DNA of 64,000 nt, taken from positions 14,081 through 78,080 of the forward strand of contig DAINQU010000011.1 of NCBI GenBank assembly GCA_036742455.1, in the 5' to 3' direction. Positions 28,309-38,094 of this stretch are shown piece by piece. The notes beneath the pieces are model-generated. The model searched no databases and had not been told where the DNA came from. It worked only from the letters and a program-made list of their open reading frames with translations. Source of the DNA: Steroidobacteraceae bacterium (GTDB lineage: Bacteria > Pseudomonadota > Gammaproteobacteria > Steroidobacterales > Steroidobacteraceae). Numbering within the stretch: the stretch's first letter is position 1; every line of letters starts with the position of its first letter. Both the position numbers and the translations under genes were made by a program.

Positions 28309-28332
28309 TGGCCTGACTATGAGGAGTTCGAC

Positions 28333-28893
28333 ATGGCGGAACTAGTGTTTCTCATCCGCACGCTGGCGGACCTCATCGTTGGTGCCTTCTTGTTGCGGTG
28401 GTTGTTTGCCATCCAACGGACCGATTTCCGCAACCCGATCGTCCAATCCTTACACCGATTGACGAACCCCATCATTCTGCCGCTGCGTCGACTCCTCCCA
28501 GCCGTCGGTCGAATGGACTCGGCCACCGTCGTCTCACTACTGCTCGTCGCCTTCATCCGGGCAGCAGCCATCGGCGCCCTCGCCGGCGCGGGTATCGGCA
28601 ATCCCCTGCTCGTGTTCCTCGGCGCGCTACTGGTTTTGGTGCGAATGCTGCTGTGGATTTTCCTTGGGGCGATCTTTTTGTACGCACTGCTCAGTTGGGT
28701 TGCCGATCCCTACAATCCCTTTTCGAGGCTGCTCGCCGATATCTCAGCGCCTATTTTGAGACCCATTCGAAACAATCTTCCGCTACTCGGCGGTTTGGAC
28801 CTCAGCCCACTCGTGGCGCTGTTGTTGCTGCAGCTCGCGTTGTACTCCCTGAACATGCGCTTGGCGCCGCTGTTTTTTCCTTACGATCTGTGA
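28333..28893 (+). CDS. yggT: YggT family membrane protein
   Basis: Multi-pass hydrophobic protein with two YGGT-like repeats (NPIVQSLHRLTNPIILPLRRLLP; NPFSRLLADISAPILRPIRN). Conserved position after proC. Confidence 0.85.
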   Translation: MAELVFLIRTLADLIVGAFLLRWLFAIQRTDFRNPIVQSLHRLTNPIILPLRRLLPAVGRMDSATVVSLLLVAFIRAAAIGALAGAGIGNPLLVFLGALLVLVRMLLWIFLGAIFLYALLSWVADPYNPFSRLLADISAPILRPIRNNLPLLGGLDLSPLVALLLLQLALYSLNMRLAPLFFPYDL

Positions 28894-29186
28894 ATTCCTG
28901 CATCCGTCGCGAGGGCGAAGACTGGATTTTGCAGGTGCGTGTGCAACCGCGCGCGAGTCGCGATGAACTGCTGGAAGACGGCGAGAGACTACGACTGCGC
29001 ATTACCTCGCCTCCGGTGGATGGCGCCGCGAACGCCCACATTATTCGCTTCCTGGCGCGAGAGTTTGGTGTCGCCAAGGGCCGCGTTGAAATCGTTCGCG
29101 GCTTAGCCGGCCGCGAAAAAACGGTACGAATTTCAGCGCCAACGGCGATTCCCAACACCGTCACACGCCTATTTTCACAAGGGTAA
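28890..29186 (+). CDS. DUF167 (YggU) family protein
   Basis: Only the last ~98 codons of ORF 28398..29186 look real (LQVRVQPRASRDEL, PPVDGAANAHIIRFLAREFGV, GREKTVRI). GTG at 28890 overlaps the yggT stop (GTGA). Confidence 0.75.
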   Translation: MNSCIRREGEDWILQVRVQPRASRDELLEDGERLRLRITSPPVDGAANAHIIRFLAREFGVAKGRVEIVRGLAGREKTVRISAPTAIPNTVTRLFSQG

Positions 29187-29397
29187 ACGCAAAAAACCGC
29201 TTAAAACCTAGTGGATTTCGCAAATTGGTATGGTATTGTCGCCACCGAACCAACGAAATGATCTTCACTTGGAGCTGATTTTCACGAGCTTTGCTCACCG
29301 GTCGGACCCACACTATCCGCCTGTACACAGCAACTGAACGGGAAAGTCAGTCGAAAAGTCCGGGATCAAGAACAGAAACCACAGGAGATTACTCACC

Positions 29398-29709
29398 ATG
29401 GCGAAGAAGAGCGCTGCACCGACCAAGTCGGAAATTCTCGCGCAGATCGCGAAGGACACCGAACTCTCGAAGAAGCAGGTCGGAGCTGTCTTCGAGTCGC
29501 TGAACGGTATCATCAAGAAGAGCCTCCGCGGTGCGGGCAGCTTCACGATGCCGGGCTTGCTGAAGCTGAAGGTCGTCAAGAAGCCAGCTACCAAGGCTCG
29601 CGAAGGCGTGAACCCGTTCACGGGCGAGAAGATGGTGTTCAAGGCGAAGCCGGCGTCCAAGAAGGTCCGCGCGGCTGCGCTGAAGTCCCTGAAGGCGATG
29701 GTCAACTGA
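29398..29709 (+). CDS. HU-family (histone-like) DNA-binding protein
   Basis: Lys/Ala-rich 103-aa protein. HU fold signatures SKKQVGAVFESLNGIIKKSL and KPATKAREGVNPFTGEKMVFKAKPASK. A strong terminator follows. Confidence 0.8.
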   Translation: MAKKSAAPTKSEILAQIAKDTELSKKQVGAVFESLNGIIKKSLRGAGSFTMPGLLKLKVVKKPATKAREGVNPFTGEKMVFKAKPASKKVRAAALKSLKAMVN

Positions 29710-29748
29710 TCTCGCCTACCCTAACGAGAGTTGGGGTAAGGTGCAAAA

Positions 29749-29777
29749 GAAACCGGGGCTTGCCCCGGTTTTTTTTA
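29749..29777. terminator. bidirectional rho-independent terminator
   Basis: GAAACCGGGG-CTTG-CCCCGGTTT stem-loop followed by a T-run on the + strand. An A-run precedes it (reads as T-rich on the - strand). It lies between convergent genes. Confidence 0.7.
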
Positions 29778-29787
29778 TTCGAATTTC

Positions 29788-30429
29788 CTAGACGAACGCC
29801 TGTACCGCAGACTTAAGCTCATTAAGCTTGCCGTGGAAAAAGTGCTCCGCACCGTCGATGGTCGCTACATGAGGCCGGGGGTGAACGGACTGCACCCAGT
29901 CAATCACCGTGTCGTAGTCAACGAGCTCGTCCTGAGTGCCCTGAATGACCAGCCACGGTGCGGTCGGGACCCGGTAGCGGTCGAAATCAAAGCGTCGAAT
30001 GGGCGGTGCGATGGTGATGAGCCGATCGATCGGCCTTTCTGTCGCGACACGGTAAGCCACAAAAGATCCAAAGGAAAAGCCCGCCATCACGAGCGGCGCC
30101 GACGGGTAACGCTCGGCCAGCCAATCCGCGGCGCACAACGCGTCATCCGTCTCGCCGAGGCCATCGTCGAAAACGCCGCTACTCTCACCGACGCCTCGAA
30201 AATTAAACCGCAGCGTCGCAATACCCCGCTCATGCAACGCTCGAGCGGTCATATGTACGACTTTATTTTGCATCGTACCGCCGTGAAGTGGGTGCGGATG
30301 ACACACCACTGCCGCCCTGCCGCTGTGACCGGTCGGAACCTCGAGGAGCCCTTCCAGACTGCCAACGGGACCAGGCAGCGTCACGCGTTCAGGCGTCGGC
30401 GGACGGAAGGGCGCGCTCGTTGTCATCAA
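29788..30429 (-). CDS. alpha/beta hydrolase fold protein
   Basis: AVVCHPHPLHGGTMQNKVV and the nucleophile-elbow-like GFSFGS. Typical of small serine hydrolases of unknown substrate. Confidence 0.75.
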   Translation of the reverse strand: MMTTSAPFRPPTPERVTLPGPVGSLEGLLEVPTGHSGRAAVVCHPHPLHGGTMQNKVVHMTARALHERGIATLRFNFRGVGESSGVFDDGLGETDDALCAADWLAERYPSAPLVMAGFSFGSFVAYRVATERPIDRLITIAPPIRRFDFDRYRVPTAPWLVIQGTQDELVDYDTVIDWVQSVHPRPHVATIDGAEHFFHGKLNELKSAVQAFV

Positions 30430-30875
30430 TCCATCACCTGTAAACTCACGAGAGTCACTTCAAACACGAGCGTCGCATTCGCCGGCACTTTACGGCCAAC
30501 GCTCCGACTGCCGTACGCAAGTTGCGGCGGAATCACTAAATGACGCCGCCCACCGCGCTGCATCCCGGTAATACCGGATTCCCATCCCGCAATGACGCTA
30601 TTGCGACCTAAACGGAAGACCAACGGATCACCCCCGTGGTCGGCCGTACTATCAAACGGCTTACCGTGACCATCCGGTGCCGATGGATCGTAGAGATAGC
30701 CCGCGTATTGGACCGCAACGATGTCCCCTTTCCCCACCGCAGGGCCGTCGCCCACCACCGTGTCGAAGACTTGAAGACCCGACGGGAATCCAGTGGGTGG
30801 GCCCAGAGGGGTCGCCGACGCCGCGGTGGCCACGAGGAGCGCCGCGCTCCAAATCCGCCTCCGTATCTGCAGCAT
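30426..30875 (-). CDS. FKBP-type peptidyl-prolyl cis-trans isomerase (exported)
   Basis: FKBP_C motifs VAVQYAGYL, PFDS, FRLGRNSVIAGWESGITGMQRGGRRHLVIPPQLAYG, LVFEVTLV. Signal peptide begins at MLQIRRRIWSAALLVATAASA (start at 30875 preferred over 30908). Confidence 0.8.
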   Translation of the reverse strand: MLQIRRRIWSAALLVATAASATPLGPPTGFPSGLQVFDTVVGDGPAVGKGDIVAVQYAGYLYDPSAPDGHGKPFDSTADHGGDPLVFRLGRNSVIAGWESGITGMQRGGRRHLVIPPQLAYGSRSVGRKVPANATLVFEVTLVSLQVMD

Positions 30876-30907
30876 GGACACCCCTCTCGGTGGATAGATC
30901 CACGCCA

Positions 30908-32794
30908 TTATGGCGTGGATGCCGACCCCAACAGCAGTCGATTCATGCGTCGCACGAAATCGGCCGGCTCCGCCAATTGCCCGCCCTCGGCCAACGTTGA
31001 TTGGTCAGCCAGCAACAAGGCAAGGTCGCGGAATTCAGCGTCGTCCTGCGTCGCCTCGAGGCGCGCGATCAGCGGGTGTGACGGATTGATCTCGAGCGTC
31101 GGCTTCTGGGCCGGAGGCGCTTGGCCCGCCGCCTCCATAAGCCGCCGCATTTGACCGCTCAGTTCTCCCGCGGCCCTTACCAAACAGGCCGGAGATTCCG
31201 CGAGCCGTTGCGTTGCCTTGACCCCGGCCACCCGATCCGCCAACACGTCCACCAACCGATCGCAGAGCGCATCGGCGCCTTGTTGGTCGGTGGCGGGCTC
31301 CGCCGGCACCAAATCGCCCAGGTCGAGATCACCGGCGGCGACATCTTGAAACGGCTTGCCATCGAATTCGCCGAGATACCCGAGCATCCACTCATCAATA
31401 CGATCGTGCATCAGGATCACTTCCACGCCGTGCTTGCGGAGGCGCTCCAAGTGCGGGCTGTGACGCGCGGCATTCCAGGTTTCAGCAGTCAGATAATAGA
31501 TGTGCTTCTGACCACTCTTCATCCGGGACAAATAGTCGTCCAACGACTGGTCCTGCTTCTCGGCGTCCGTGTGCGTTGAGGCAAATCGCAGCAATTTGGC
31601 GATGCGTTCGCGATTCGCAGGATCCTCGGCAATGCCTTCTTTAAGAACCTGGCCAAACTCCTTCCAAAACGTCGCGTATTTTTCCGGCTCGTCCTTAGAC
31701 AACTTGGTCAAAAGATCGAGCACACGGCGGGTGATGCCGGCTCGCATGGCCTCTATTTCAGCATCCGTCTGGAGCAATTCTCGCGAGACATTCAACGGCA
31801 GATCGCTTGAGTCCACGACGCCCTTGACGAAGCGAAGGTACAACGGGAGGAATTGCTCGGCATCGTCGAGGATGAACACCCGCTTCACATACAACTTCAG
31901 CCCGCGCGACCCGTCCCGATTCCAGAGATCAAAAGGAGCGTGGGACGGGACGTAGAGAAGGGTGGTGTATTCGCGCTTGCCCTCGACACGGTTGTGAGAC
32001 CAACCGAGTGGCGGCGTGAAATCGCGCGCCACCGTTTGATAAAATTCGTTGTATTCCTCGTCCTTAATTTCATTGCGCGGGCGAGTCCAAAGCGCCTGCG
32101 CGCTGTTCACGACCTCGCGTTCGGCGGCCTCATCGTCTTGGGTGCTCGCCTTCGGCAACCGCACCGGGAAGCCGATGTGGTCGGAATAACGTTTTACCAG
32201 GCTGCGCAGCTTCCAAGCATCGGCGAACTCGTACGCATCCTCCTTGAGATGGAGGACAACTCGGGTGCCACGTGTCGGCAACTCCACGGATTCGATGGAG
32301 AACTCGCCGTTACCATCGGACTCCCAATGCACGCCGTCGGCTGGCGACGCTCCCGCTGCGCGGCTAAAGACCTCAACGCGGTCGGCCACGATGAACGCAG
32401 AATAGAAACCCACACCAAACTGGCCGATCAGTTGCGCATCCTTCTGCTGATCGCCCGACAGTTGTGACAGAAAGTCTGCCGTGCCGGATTTAGCGATAGT
32501 GCCAAGGTGGGCTATCACCTCGTCCCGAGTCATTCCGATGCCCGAATCGGTAATGCTGAGGGTGTGGCCGTCCTTATCGAAATCGATATCAATTACCAAA
32601 TCGGCCGAGTCGCCCAATAGTGAACTGTCGGCCAGTGAGCGAAAGCGTAATTTATCGCACGCGTCGGACGCATTGGAGATCAACTCTCGGAGAAAAATCT
32701 CTCTGTTCGAATACAGTGAATGAATCATGAGGCGAAGCAGTTGCTTCACCTCGGTCTGAAAGCCACGGGTTTCACGCGTCTGGGTATTGGTCAT
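30908..32794 (-). CDS. htpG: molecular chaperone HtpG (Hsp90)
   Basis: N-terminus [38 protein letters not shown] and DSGIGMT. Length of 628 aa fits. Confidence 0.95.
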   Translation of the reverse strand: MTNTQTRETRGFQTEVKQLLRLMIHSLYSNREIFLRELISNASDACDKLRFRSLADSSLLGDSADLVIDIDFDKDGHTLSITDSGIGMTRDEVIAHLGTIAKSGTADFLSQLSGDQQKDAQLIGQFGVGFYSAFIVADRVEVFSRAAGASPADGVHWESDGNGEFSIESVELPTRGTRVVLHLKEDAYEFADAWKLRSLVKRYSDHIGFPVRLPKASTQDDEAAEREVVNSAQALWTRPRNEIKDEEYNEFYQTVARDFTPPLGWSHNRVEGKREYTTLLYVPSHAPFDLWNRDGSRGLKLYVKRVFILDDAEQFLPLYLRFVKGVVDSSDLPLNVSRELLQTDAEIEAMRAGITRRVLDLLTKLSKDEPEKYATFWKEFGQVLKEGIAEDPANRERIAKLLRFASTHTDAEKQDQSLDDYLSRMKSGQKHIYYLTAETWNAARHSPHLERLRKHGVEVILMHDRIDEWMLGYLGEFDGKPFQDVAAGDLDLGDLVPAEPATDQQGADALCDRLVDVLADRVAGVKATQRLAESPACLVRAAGELSGQMRRLMEAAGQAPPAQKPTLEINPSHPLIARLEATQDDAEFRDLALLLADQSTLAEGGQLAEPADFVRRMNRLLLGSASTP

Positions 32795-32850
32795 CGGTCT
32801 GCCCCGGTCGTTAAATACATGCCGCCGCCGTCATTGGGCGGCAGCCGCGA

Positions 32851-32879
32851 GATTGGGGGCAGCCGGCGTCGGATTCAAG
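32851..32879 (-). promoter_or_regulatory. candidate sigma32 (RpoH) promoter of htpG
   Basis: The minus strand reads CTTGAAT-N14-CCCCAATC, close to the consensus CTTGAAA-N13/14-CCCCATNT. It lies about 57 nt upstream of the htpG ATG. Confidence 0.5.
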
Positions 32880-32901
32880 AGGCGATAGCGATCGCCTCGG
32901 C

Positions 32902-33084
32902 TTAGCGGCTCGGGTCTTCCAACGCTTCCCAACCGGACTTCATCTGGTCGGACCAGCGTTTGTAGGTGGTATACGTCGGCAAGGTACGTGTAATCGCGCC
33001 GTGGCGGACGGCCGCAGTCTTGACGGCCGTCCCGGCGAGGGCACCGACGCCTTTGCGGGCGCGGGAAACTTTTCGTGTGGTCAT
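32902..33084 (-). CDS. small basic hypothetical protein (60 aa)
   Basis: ORF MTTRKVSRARKGVGALAGTAVK... with a GGAAG-like SD about 10 nt upstream. It ends just before the htpG promoter. No recognisable family. Confidence 0.3.
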   Translation of the reverse strand: MTTRKVSRARKGVGALAGTAVKTAAVRHGAITRTLPTYTTYKRWSDQMKSGWEALEDPSR

Positions 33085-33188
33085 GGCACTCTACTTCCCA
33101 GTTGAGGCCACACGATAGGAATTGTCGGCGCAGACCGGGAGGAACTGCATCACACGCGCCCCGGAACCACGTCACGGTTTTCGACAAT

Positions 33189-33707
33189 CTAGGGTCGAAT
33201 CTCGATGGGCGTGTCCACCCGGGTCAACAGCCACACTTCCAACATATCGTCGTTGGTGAGCGCGATACAGCCATTCGTCCAATCGTTGCGCAAGTAGTAT
33301 TCGGTAGAGTGCTTAGGAACGTTCGGCAGGCCGTGGATCATGATGGCCCCACCGGGCTCCCGATGACTTCGTCGCGCCCTCTCCTGATCGTCTCGGTTGG
33401 GATAGGACACGTGTATGGATAAGAAGTACTCGCTCTGGGGATTTTTAGCATCGAGCCGATACTCACCCTCCGGCGTCCGGAAGTCGCCCTCTTGCTCTTT
33501 GTGTCCTTTGGGATCCAATCCCAACCAAACGCGGAACGTCCGGAACGGCACACCGGCCCGCATCAGATACAAGCGCCGCTCGCTCTTAACGACGACGACT
33601 CGGTCGGCCATCGGCAGCGCATCGCTCACTGCTTCGGCGCGTCTCGGCAGCAGAGCTGTCGCAACAACCGACAGCCCCCCGATCAGAAGCGCACGCCTAG
33701 AATTCAT
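33189..33707 (-). CDS. L,D-transpeptidase (YkuD domain), exported
   Basis: Twin-arginine-like leader SRRALLIGGLSVV. YkuD catalytic motif IMIHG...WTNGCIALTNDDM. Confidence 0.85.
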   Translation of the reverse strand: MNSRRALLIGGLSVVATALLPRRAEAVSDALPMADRVVVVKSERRLYLMRAGVPFRTFRVWLGLDPKGHKEQEGDFRTPEGEYRLDAKNPQSEYFLSIHVSYPNRDDQERARRSHREPGGAIMIHGLPNVPKHSTEYYLRNDWTNGCIALTNDDMLEVWLLTRVDTPIEIRP

Positions 33708-34068
33708 CGACCGTTATATCCGCGCAAGTCCGATTGCCAGCGGCGCTCTGCGCTCGGAGAACGTATCGATGCCCGCGGCGTGCGTCGATAACGAGCGGAA
33801 AGCGCACCGCGGCGTGATTGGCCATGACACAGTCCGCGAGAACCTCGTGGTGACCTGGAAGCACCTCGACGCGTGAATAGCCGAACCGAAGAACGACGTC
33901 ATCCACTTTGCGAATCACGGCCTTGATAGGCACCCCGGAAGTCACTTGGGGTGCCCCAACGATGACAGCGAGATCGTCCTTCGCCAACTCCGGACCACGG
34001 TAGGCCCGCTCCGTCTCACACCCCACCAAACACAGCATTACAGCGATACCCAATACGCGTCGAATCAT
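33697..34068 (-). CDS. hypothetical lipoprotein
   Basis: Lipobox MLCLVGC. It overlaps the mltD stop (ATGA) and the L,D-transpeptidase start (11 nt), which implies an operon. Confidence 0.6.
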   Translation of the reverse strand: MIRRVLGIAVMLCLVGCETERAYRGPELAKDDLAVIVGAPQVTSGVPIKAVIRKVDDVVLRFGYSRVEVLPGHHEVLADCVMANHAAVRFPLVIDARRGHRYVLRAQSAAGNRTCADITVDEF

Positions 34069-36269
34069 GGCTTGCTTCCTTTGCCGGCTGGCGCAGCCGA
34101 ATCAACGACTTGCACTTGAGGTAGGTTGACTGAGCTGCCGACCCGAACAGTCGAAAAGTCGATATCCGGATTGTATTGCCGCAACAGCCAGACCGGAATT
34201 TGCCCTTTTTGAGTCAGCGTCCACAACGTATCACCCGCTTGCATCGCATGGCGAGCGACCCCGACGAGTCGATGTGTTGCGAAGTAGTTAGCTTCAATCT
34301 TTCGATGATACTCAACCCGACGTGACTCGAATCCGGCGGCATCAACGCCGACTAACTCGACTTTGATCCGATGGCCGAGGACCATCGAGTCACTCGCCTT
34401 CAGATGATTCAAGACGCGCAATCGGTCGGCGGAGACGCCACCCCATTTTGCGAGCATGCCCAACGTCTCCGCCGCTTGGACGACTACCGTGCCTTTGCTC
34501 ACAGAGTAGTCTGCCGGATCCTCGCCACCCTCTTGCCGGTCGCGTGCCCACGGCGTGCTCTCGTCGGGACCGGTCGCCCCACTCGGGGCGGCGACGGCCC
34601 GCGATGAGGCTACCGTTGACGGGGGCGTAGCGTCACGATGAGCGGATTCTGTCGTCACGCCCGTGTCTTGTAATCGCAACTTCTGCCCTTCACGCACGAG
34701 ATCCGCGCGAGCGATTCCGTTGAGCGCTAGCAGAGAAGAGACAGACACACCGTTGGCATGCGCGATGCTCGACAGACTCTCCCCATGGGCCACAACGTGA
34801 ACGTCGGGGTGGGTCTGCGCCGAAGTCGGCGCAGGCACTGTGGCTACCGGCGGAACTGGGGCTGGCGTGGGAACAGTGGGGGCATCGCTCGCCGCCGGCG
34901 GTGAGCCGGACGGCAGTGCCTCCGGCGGGGCCTCAGGCAATGACCCGCTGGGTGGCACGCGCAAGGTCATCCCAGGATGCACGTCGCGGCTCGAAATGTG
35001 GTTGTACTCCGCCAACTCTTTCGTACGCAAACCGTATTGCGTAGCGATTCGATCCAGCGTGTCGCTACGACCGACCGTTACGGATCGCTCTTTCCCAGCG
35101 TCTTCCCGCGCAGAGGATCCCAACTTTGCCAATAACCGACCTGCGTCAACGCCCGCCGGCACTCGTAATTCGTAGCCTCGTGGGACGGGACGCCGCCCCT
35201 CCCAGATCGGCTCCAGTAGCGACAAATTGAGCGCACGTAGCGTGTCACGGTCCGTACCTAACGTCTTTTCGAGCGCCTGGGCCGGCATGAGGGCGGGCAG
35301 TCGAACGGTACGACTATCATCGTGCGGCATTCGGTCCACGCGCCCGAAAAAACGGTCCGCATTGCGGTCGACATTCAGCGCCGCCAAAAACGAGACGTAG
35401 AAATTACGTGATGCAAAACCGAAGGTGTGCCCCTGGTAATTCCGGACAATGGTCGTAATGTCGTCCGTGCCCAATTCTTCCTTCGCGCGACGCATGCCAC
35501 CGGCACCGTGGTTCCATGCGGTGAGCGCTAACGGCCACGTGCCCAGAATCGAGTAGTTAATATTGAGAAATTGCGCAGCGGCCAGTGTCGATTTGTAGGG
35601 GTCCAACCGTTCATCGACCGTGCCGTCGACGCGAAGCCACCGCTTGCCCGTACCCCGCATGAATTGCCAGAGTCCCGCCGCACCGACTTTTGAATACGCT
35701 CGCGGATTGAAAGACGATTCCACGTGCGGTAACGCCGACAATTCACCCGGAAGCCCTTCGCGCCGCAGCGTTTCTTCAACGTGTTTTTCCCACGCGCCCG
35801 AGCGCACGAGGCCTTCCCGAAATCGATCGGACTGGCCTAACTGGAAGCGCACATGGTCCGCGGCGTCGGTTAACGCCTCATTAGAAACCGTCGGCGGGAA
35901 GAGCGATAAAACTCGCCGCTCATCGTCGGAAAGCTCGTCGCGATTACCGGTTCCCAAGTGTCGCAAGATTCGTTCGTAGTGCGCCCTAACCGTATCGACG
36001 AGGTTCGACCGCTCCTTACTGGAGAGTCCAGGAGGAAAGTTCAACTCTTCGTAGATGACATCGAGGTGTCGATCGTCGTGCAGCAATCCGCCGTGCGTAC
36101 TGACCTTGGAGTAAATGCGCTCCCAAAATTGCACATCCGGCTCGAGCGCCGCCGGACGGGGAAACTGGGCCGGATCGGCCACCACGGTCGCCGTCCATGC
36201 GAGCGAAAGCACCCCCACGACGCCCGTACATACTTTCAACACTCTGGCGCTCACGGCGGGGATGGTCAT
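34065..36269 (-). CDS. mltD: membrane-bound lytic murein transglycosylase D-like protein with LysM repeats
   Basis: SLT domain (VESSFNPRAYSKVGAAGLWQFM). Several LysM-like repeats (GDTLDRIATQYGL, GESLSSIAHANGV, GDTLWTLTQKG). The start at 36269 has a GGAGGA SD. Confidence 0.85.
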   Translation of the reverse strand: MTIPAVSARVLKVCTGVVGVLSLAWTATVVADPAQFPRPAALEPDVQFWERIYSKVSTHGGLLHDDRHLDVIYEELNFPPGLSSKERSNLVDTVRAHYERILRHLGTGNRDELSDDERRVLSLFPPTVSNEALTDAADHVRFQLGQSDRFREGLVRSGAWEKHVEETLRREGLPGELSALPHVESSFNPRAYSKVGAAGLWQFMRGTGKRWLRVDGTVDERLDPYKSTLAAAQFLNINYSILGTWPLALTAWNHGAGGMRRAKEELGTDDITTIVRNYQGHTFGFASRNFYVSFLAALNVDRNADRFFGRVDRMPHDDSRTVRLPALMPAQALEKTLGTDRDTLRALNLSLLEPIWEGRRPVPRGYELRVPAGVDAGRLLAKLGSSAREDAGKERSVTVGRSDTLDRIATQYGLRTKELAEYNHISSRDVHPGMTLRVPPSGSLPEAPPEALPSGSPPAASDAPTVPTPAPVPPVATVPAPTSAQTHPDVHVVAHGESLSSIAHANGVSVSSLLALNGIARADLVREGQKLRLQDTGVTTESAHRDATPPSTVASSRAVAAPSGATGPDESTPWARDRQEGGEDPADYSVSKGTVVVQAAETLGMLAKWGGVSADRLRVLNHLKASDSMVLGHRIKVELVGVDAAGFESRRVEYHRKIEANYFATHRLVGVARHAMQAGDTLWTLTQKGQIPVWLLRQYNPDIDFSTVRVGSSVNLPQVQVVDSAAPAGKGSKP

Positions 36270-36376
36270 TCGTCCTCCAACTAAACAACCCATTATACAA
36301 GGCGCTGTTCTGCAGATGGGCCTCGACGGAGCGCTATGGGTCTAGAATAGAGGCGAACGACTCGGAGACCCGGACC

Positions 36377-36826
36377 ATGGACACGCCGAACACCGACATC
36401 GCGCTGATTGCCCACTCGATCCAGCTGTCTTTGGCGCCCGTGTTCTTGCTCTCCGGCATCGGCGTCCTTTTGGGTGTATTGACGAATCGCCTAGCGCGCA
36501 TCGTCGATCGCGCGCGGCCGCTCGAAGACCGCCTAAGCCACGTGGACGGAGCAGCCGCAGAAGCCCTGCACAGGCAACTGAGCATCTTCGCGCGACGGGC
36601 GCGCTTGATGAACGCATCCATCACGTTGGGCGTCGTGTCCGCACTACTCATCGCCACCGTTGTCGCGCTTCTCTTTTCCAGCGCCTTCATTCGTTTCAAT
36701 CTGGCCGTTGCGGTCTCGGCTTTGTTTATCGCCGCGATGTTCAGCCTCGTCGTGGCGTTGGGGGCATTTTTGGCCGAAATCCGCATCGCGACCGCGACGT
36801 TGCGCATTGGCCGTGGGCCGCATTAG
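36377..36826 (+). CDS. DUF2721 family membrane protein
   Basis: IAHSIQLSLAPVFLLSGIGVLLGVLTNRLARIVDRARPLE is the DUF2721 hallmark. It has three hydrophobic helices. Confidence 0.7.
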   Translation: MDTPNTDIALIAHSIQLSLAPVFLLSGIGVLLGVLTNRLARIVDRARPLEDRLSHVDGAAAEALHRQLSIFARRARLMNASITLGVVSALLIATVVALLFSSAFIRFNLAVAVSALFIAAMFSLVVALGAFLAEIRIATATLRIGRGPH

Positions 36827-37030
36827 TACCTGGAGTGTGCGCTCGGATCTCCGCGTCGCTGAGCATCGCCGCTCTCGCTGCTGAACAAGAATCGGCCCAG
36901 ACCCCGGTGAGCCGGACTATGCATCCCTACGCAGGCTGTGATAAGTCTAGCGACAGGGGGGTTCGGCACGCTGACTTGTCAGTGCGCCGCCCTTGGTTCG
37001 TCCTCTGACGCATCCAAGGAGTTAATTTTT

Positions 37031-38020
37031 GTGAAGTCACGCGAGACTGAGACCGTACGCCGCATCGTACTGTTGCGCCCGAATCACCGGCTTGGAAATG
37101 CGCTGCTGCTTACCCCCGCCCTGAACGAACTCGCCCGACAATACCCGGAGGCGTCCGTGGATGTCGTTACGAGCGGGCGTGCCGGGGCCGCTGTGTTCGC
37201 CGGATTGTCGAACGTCGCGGACGTACTGAGCTTTCCGAGACTGAGCTGTCGGTCCCCGCTTGCCACTCTGCAGGCGTTCTCGGACCTGCGAAGTCGCAGC
37301 TATGATCTTGCCATTGACCCGATGCCTCACTCTCGGTCCGGGCGATTTTTGTTATCCGCCGTCAATGCCCGCGAGCGCGTCGGATACGCCGACGGATGCT
37401 ACATTCGCGACCGCGTACTCACGCGCTCGACGAACGTCCGGCATGCGCCGAAAAGTTACGCTGCCATTCCGGTGCATCTGCTTCGGCACACCAGCAGCAC
37501 ACCGGGAAATTCGACGTCGAACTCAGCCCCTGCCTGCCCACAGATCGCGTTATCCGCCGCTGAACGCCGGCACGGCGCACAGTTTCTGAATGCTCCGACC
37601 GGAGGACAGATCACATTAGCCGTCTTTGCCAATGCCACCGGCTCAAAGTGCTATTCCCCAGAGTGGTGGCGTGCCGTCATCGAGCGCATTCGCCAACCCA
37701 TCCCGAATCTGAACGTCGTCGAATTTGTGCCGGATGACAACAATCCCCGGCTCGCCGGCCTCGCTCAGCCGAAATTTACACGCGATTTGCGCCTACTGGG
37801 CGGCGCGTTGGCCGCCGCCTCGTTGGTCGTATCGGCCGATTGCGGCGTCATGCATCTTGCCGATGCAGCCGACGCGTCCGTACTGGGTCTGTTTAAGACG
37901 ACCGATCCGCTGGTCTACGGGCCCCGCAATGCAAGATCCACCTGGATGAGCGCTGCCGACTCGAATCCTGCGGAGGTCGCCGCCCGCGTTGAATCTTTAC
38001 TGCGCGAACGGCGCATCTAG
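37031..38020 (+). CDS. glycosyltransferase family 9 (heptosyltransferase-like)
   Basis: RRIVLLRPNHRLGNALLLTPALNELARQYPEASVDVV and the C-terminal VSADCGVMHLADA are GT9-like. GTG at 37031 is preceded by an AAGGAG SD. Confidence 0.7.
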   Translation: MKSRETETVRRIVLLRPNHRLGNALLLTPALNELARQYPEASVDVVTSGRAGAAVFAGLSNVADVLSFPRLSCRSPLATLQAFSDLRSRSYDLAIDPMPHSRSGRFLLSAVNARERVGYADGCYIRDRVLTRSTNVRHAPKSYAAIPVHLLRHTSSTPGNSTSNSAPACPQIALSAAERRHGAQFLNAPTGGQITLAVFANATGSKCYSPEWWRAVIERIRQPIPNLNVVEFVPDDNNPRLAGLAQPKFTRDLRLLGGALAAASLVVSADCGVMHLADAADASVLGLFKTTDPLVYGPRNARSTWMSAADSNPAEVAARVESLLRERRI

Positions 38021-38043
38021 CGAGCGGCGCTCTTCGCCGATAT

Positions 38044-38073
38044 AAAAAAAGGCCACCCGTAGGTGGCCTTTAT
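38044..38073. terminator. bidirectional rho-independent terminator (strongest for nrdJb on the - strand)
   Basis: AAAAAAA-GGCCACC-CGTA-GGTGGCC-TTTA. On the minus strand the stem is followed by TTTTTTT. Confidence 0.65.
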
Positions 38074-38094
38074 CGACGGTCGACACAACCGCTC

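Noticed and set aside
28398-28889. Upstream 164 codons of ORF 28398..29186
   Set aside because: This part lies in an alternative frame of the clearly hydrophobic yggT gene. Only the distal DUF167 part, from GTG at 28890, is credible.
32831-33187. 118-aa minus-strand ORF between htpG and the L,D-transpeptidase
   Set aside because: The translation is Arg/Pro-rich and implausible, and it would run through the predicted htpG sigma32 promoter. The nested 60-aa ORF in another frame is a slightly better, though still weak, candidate.
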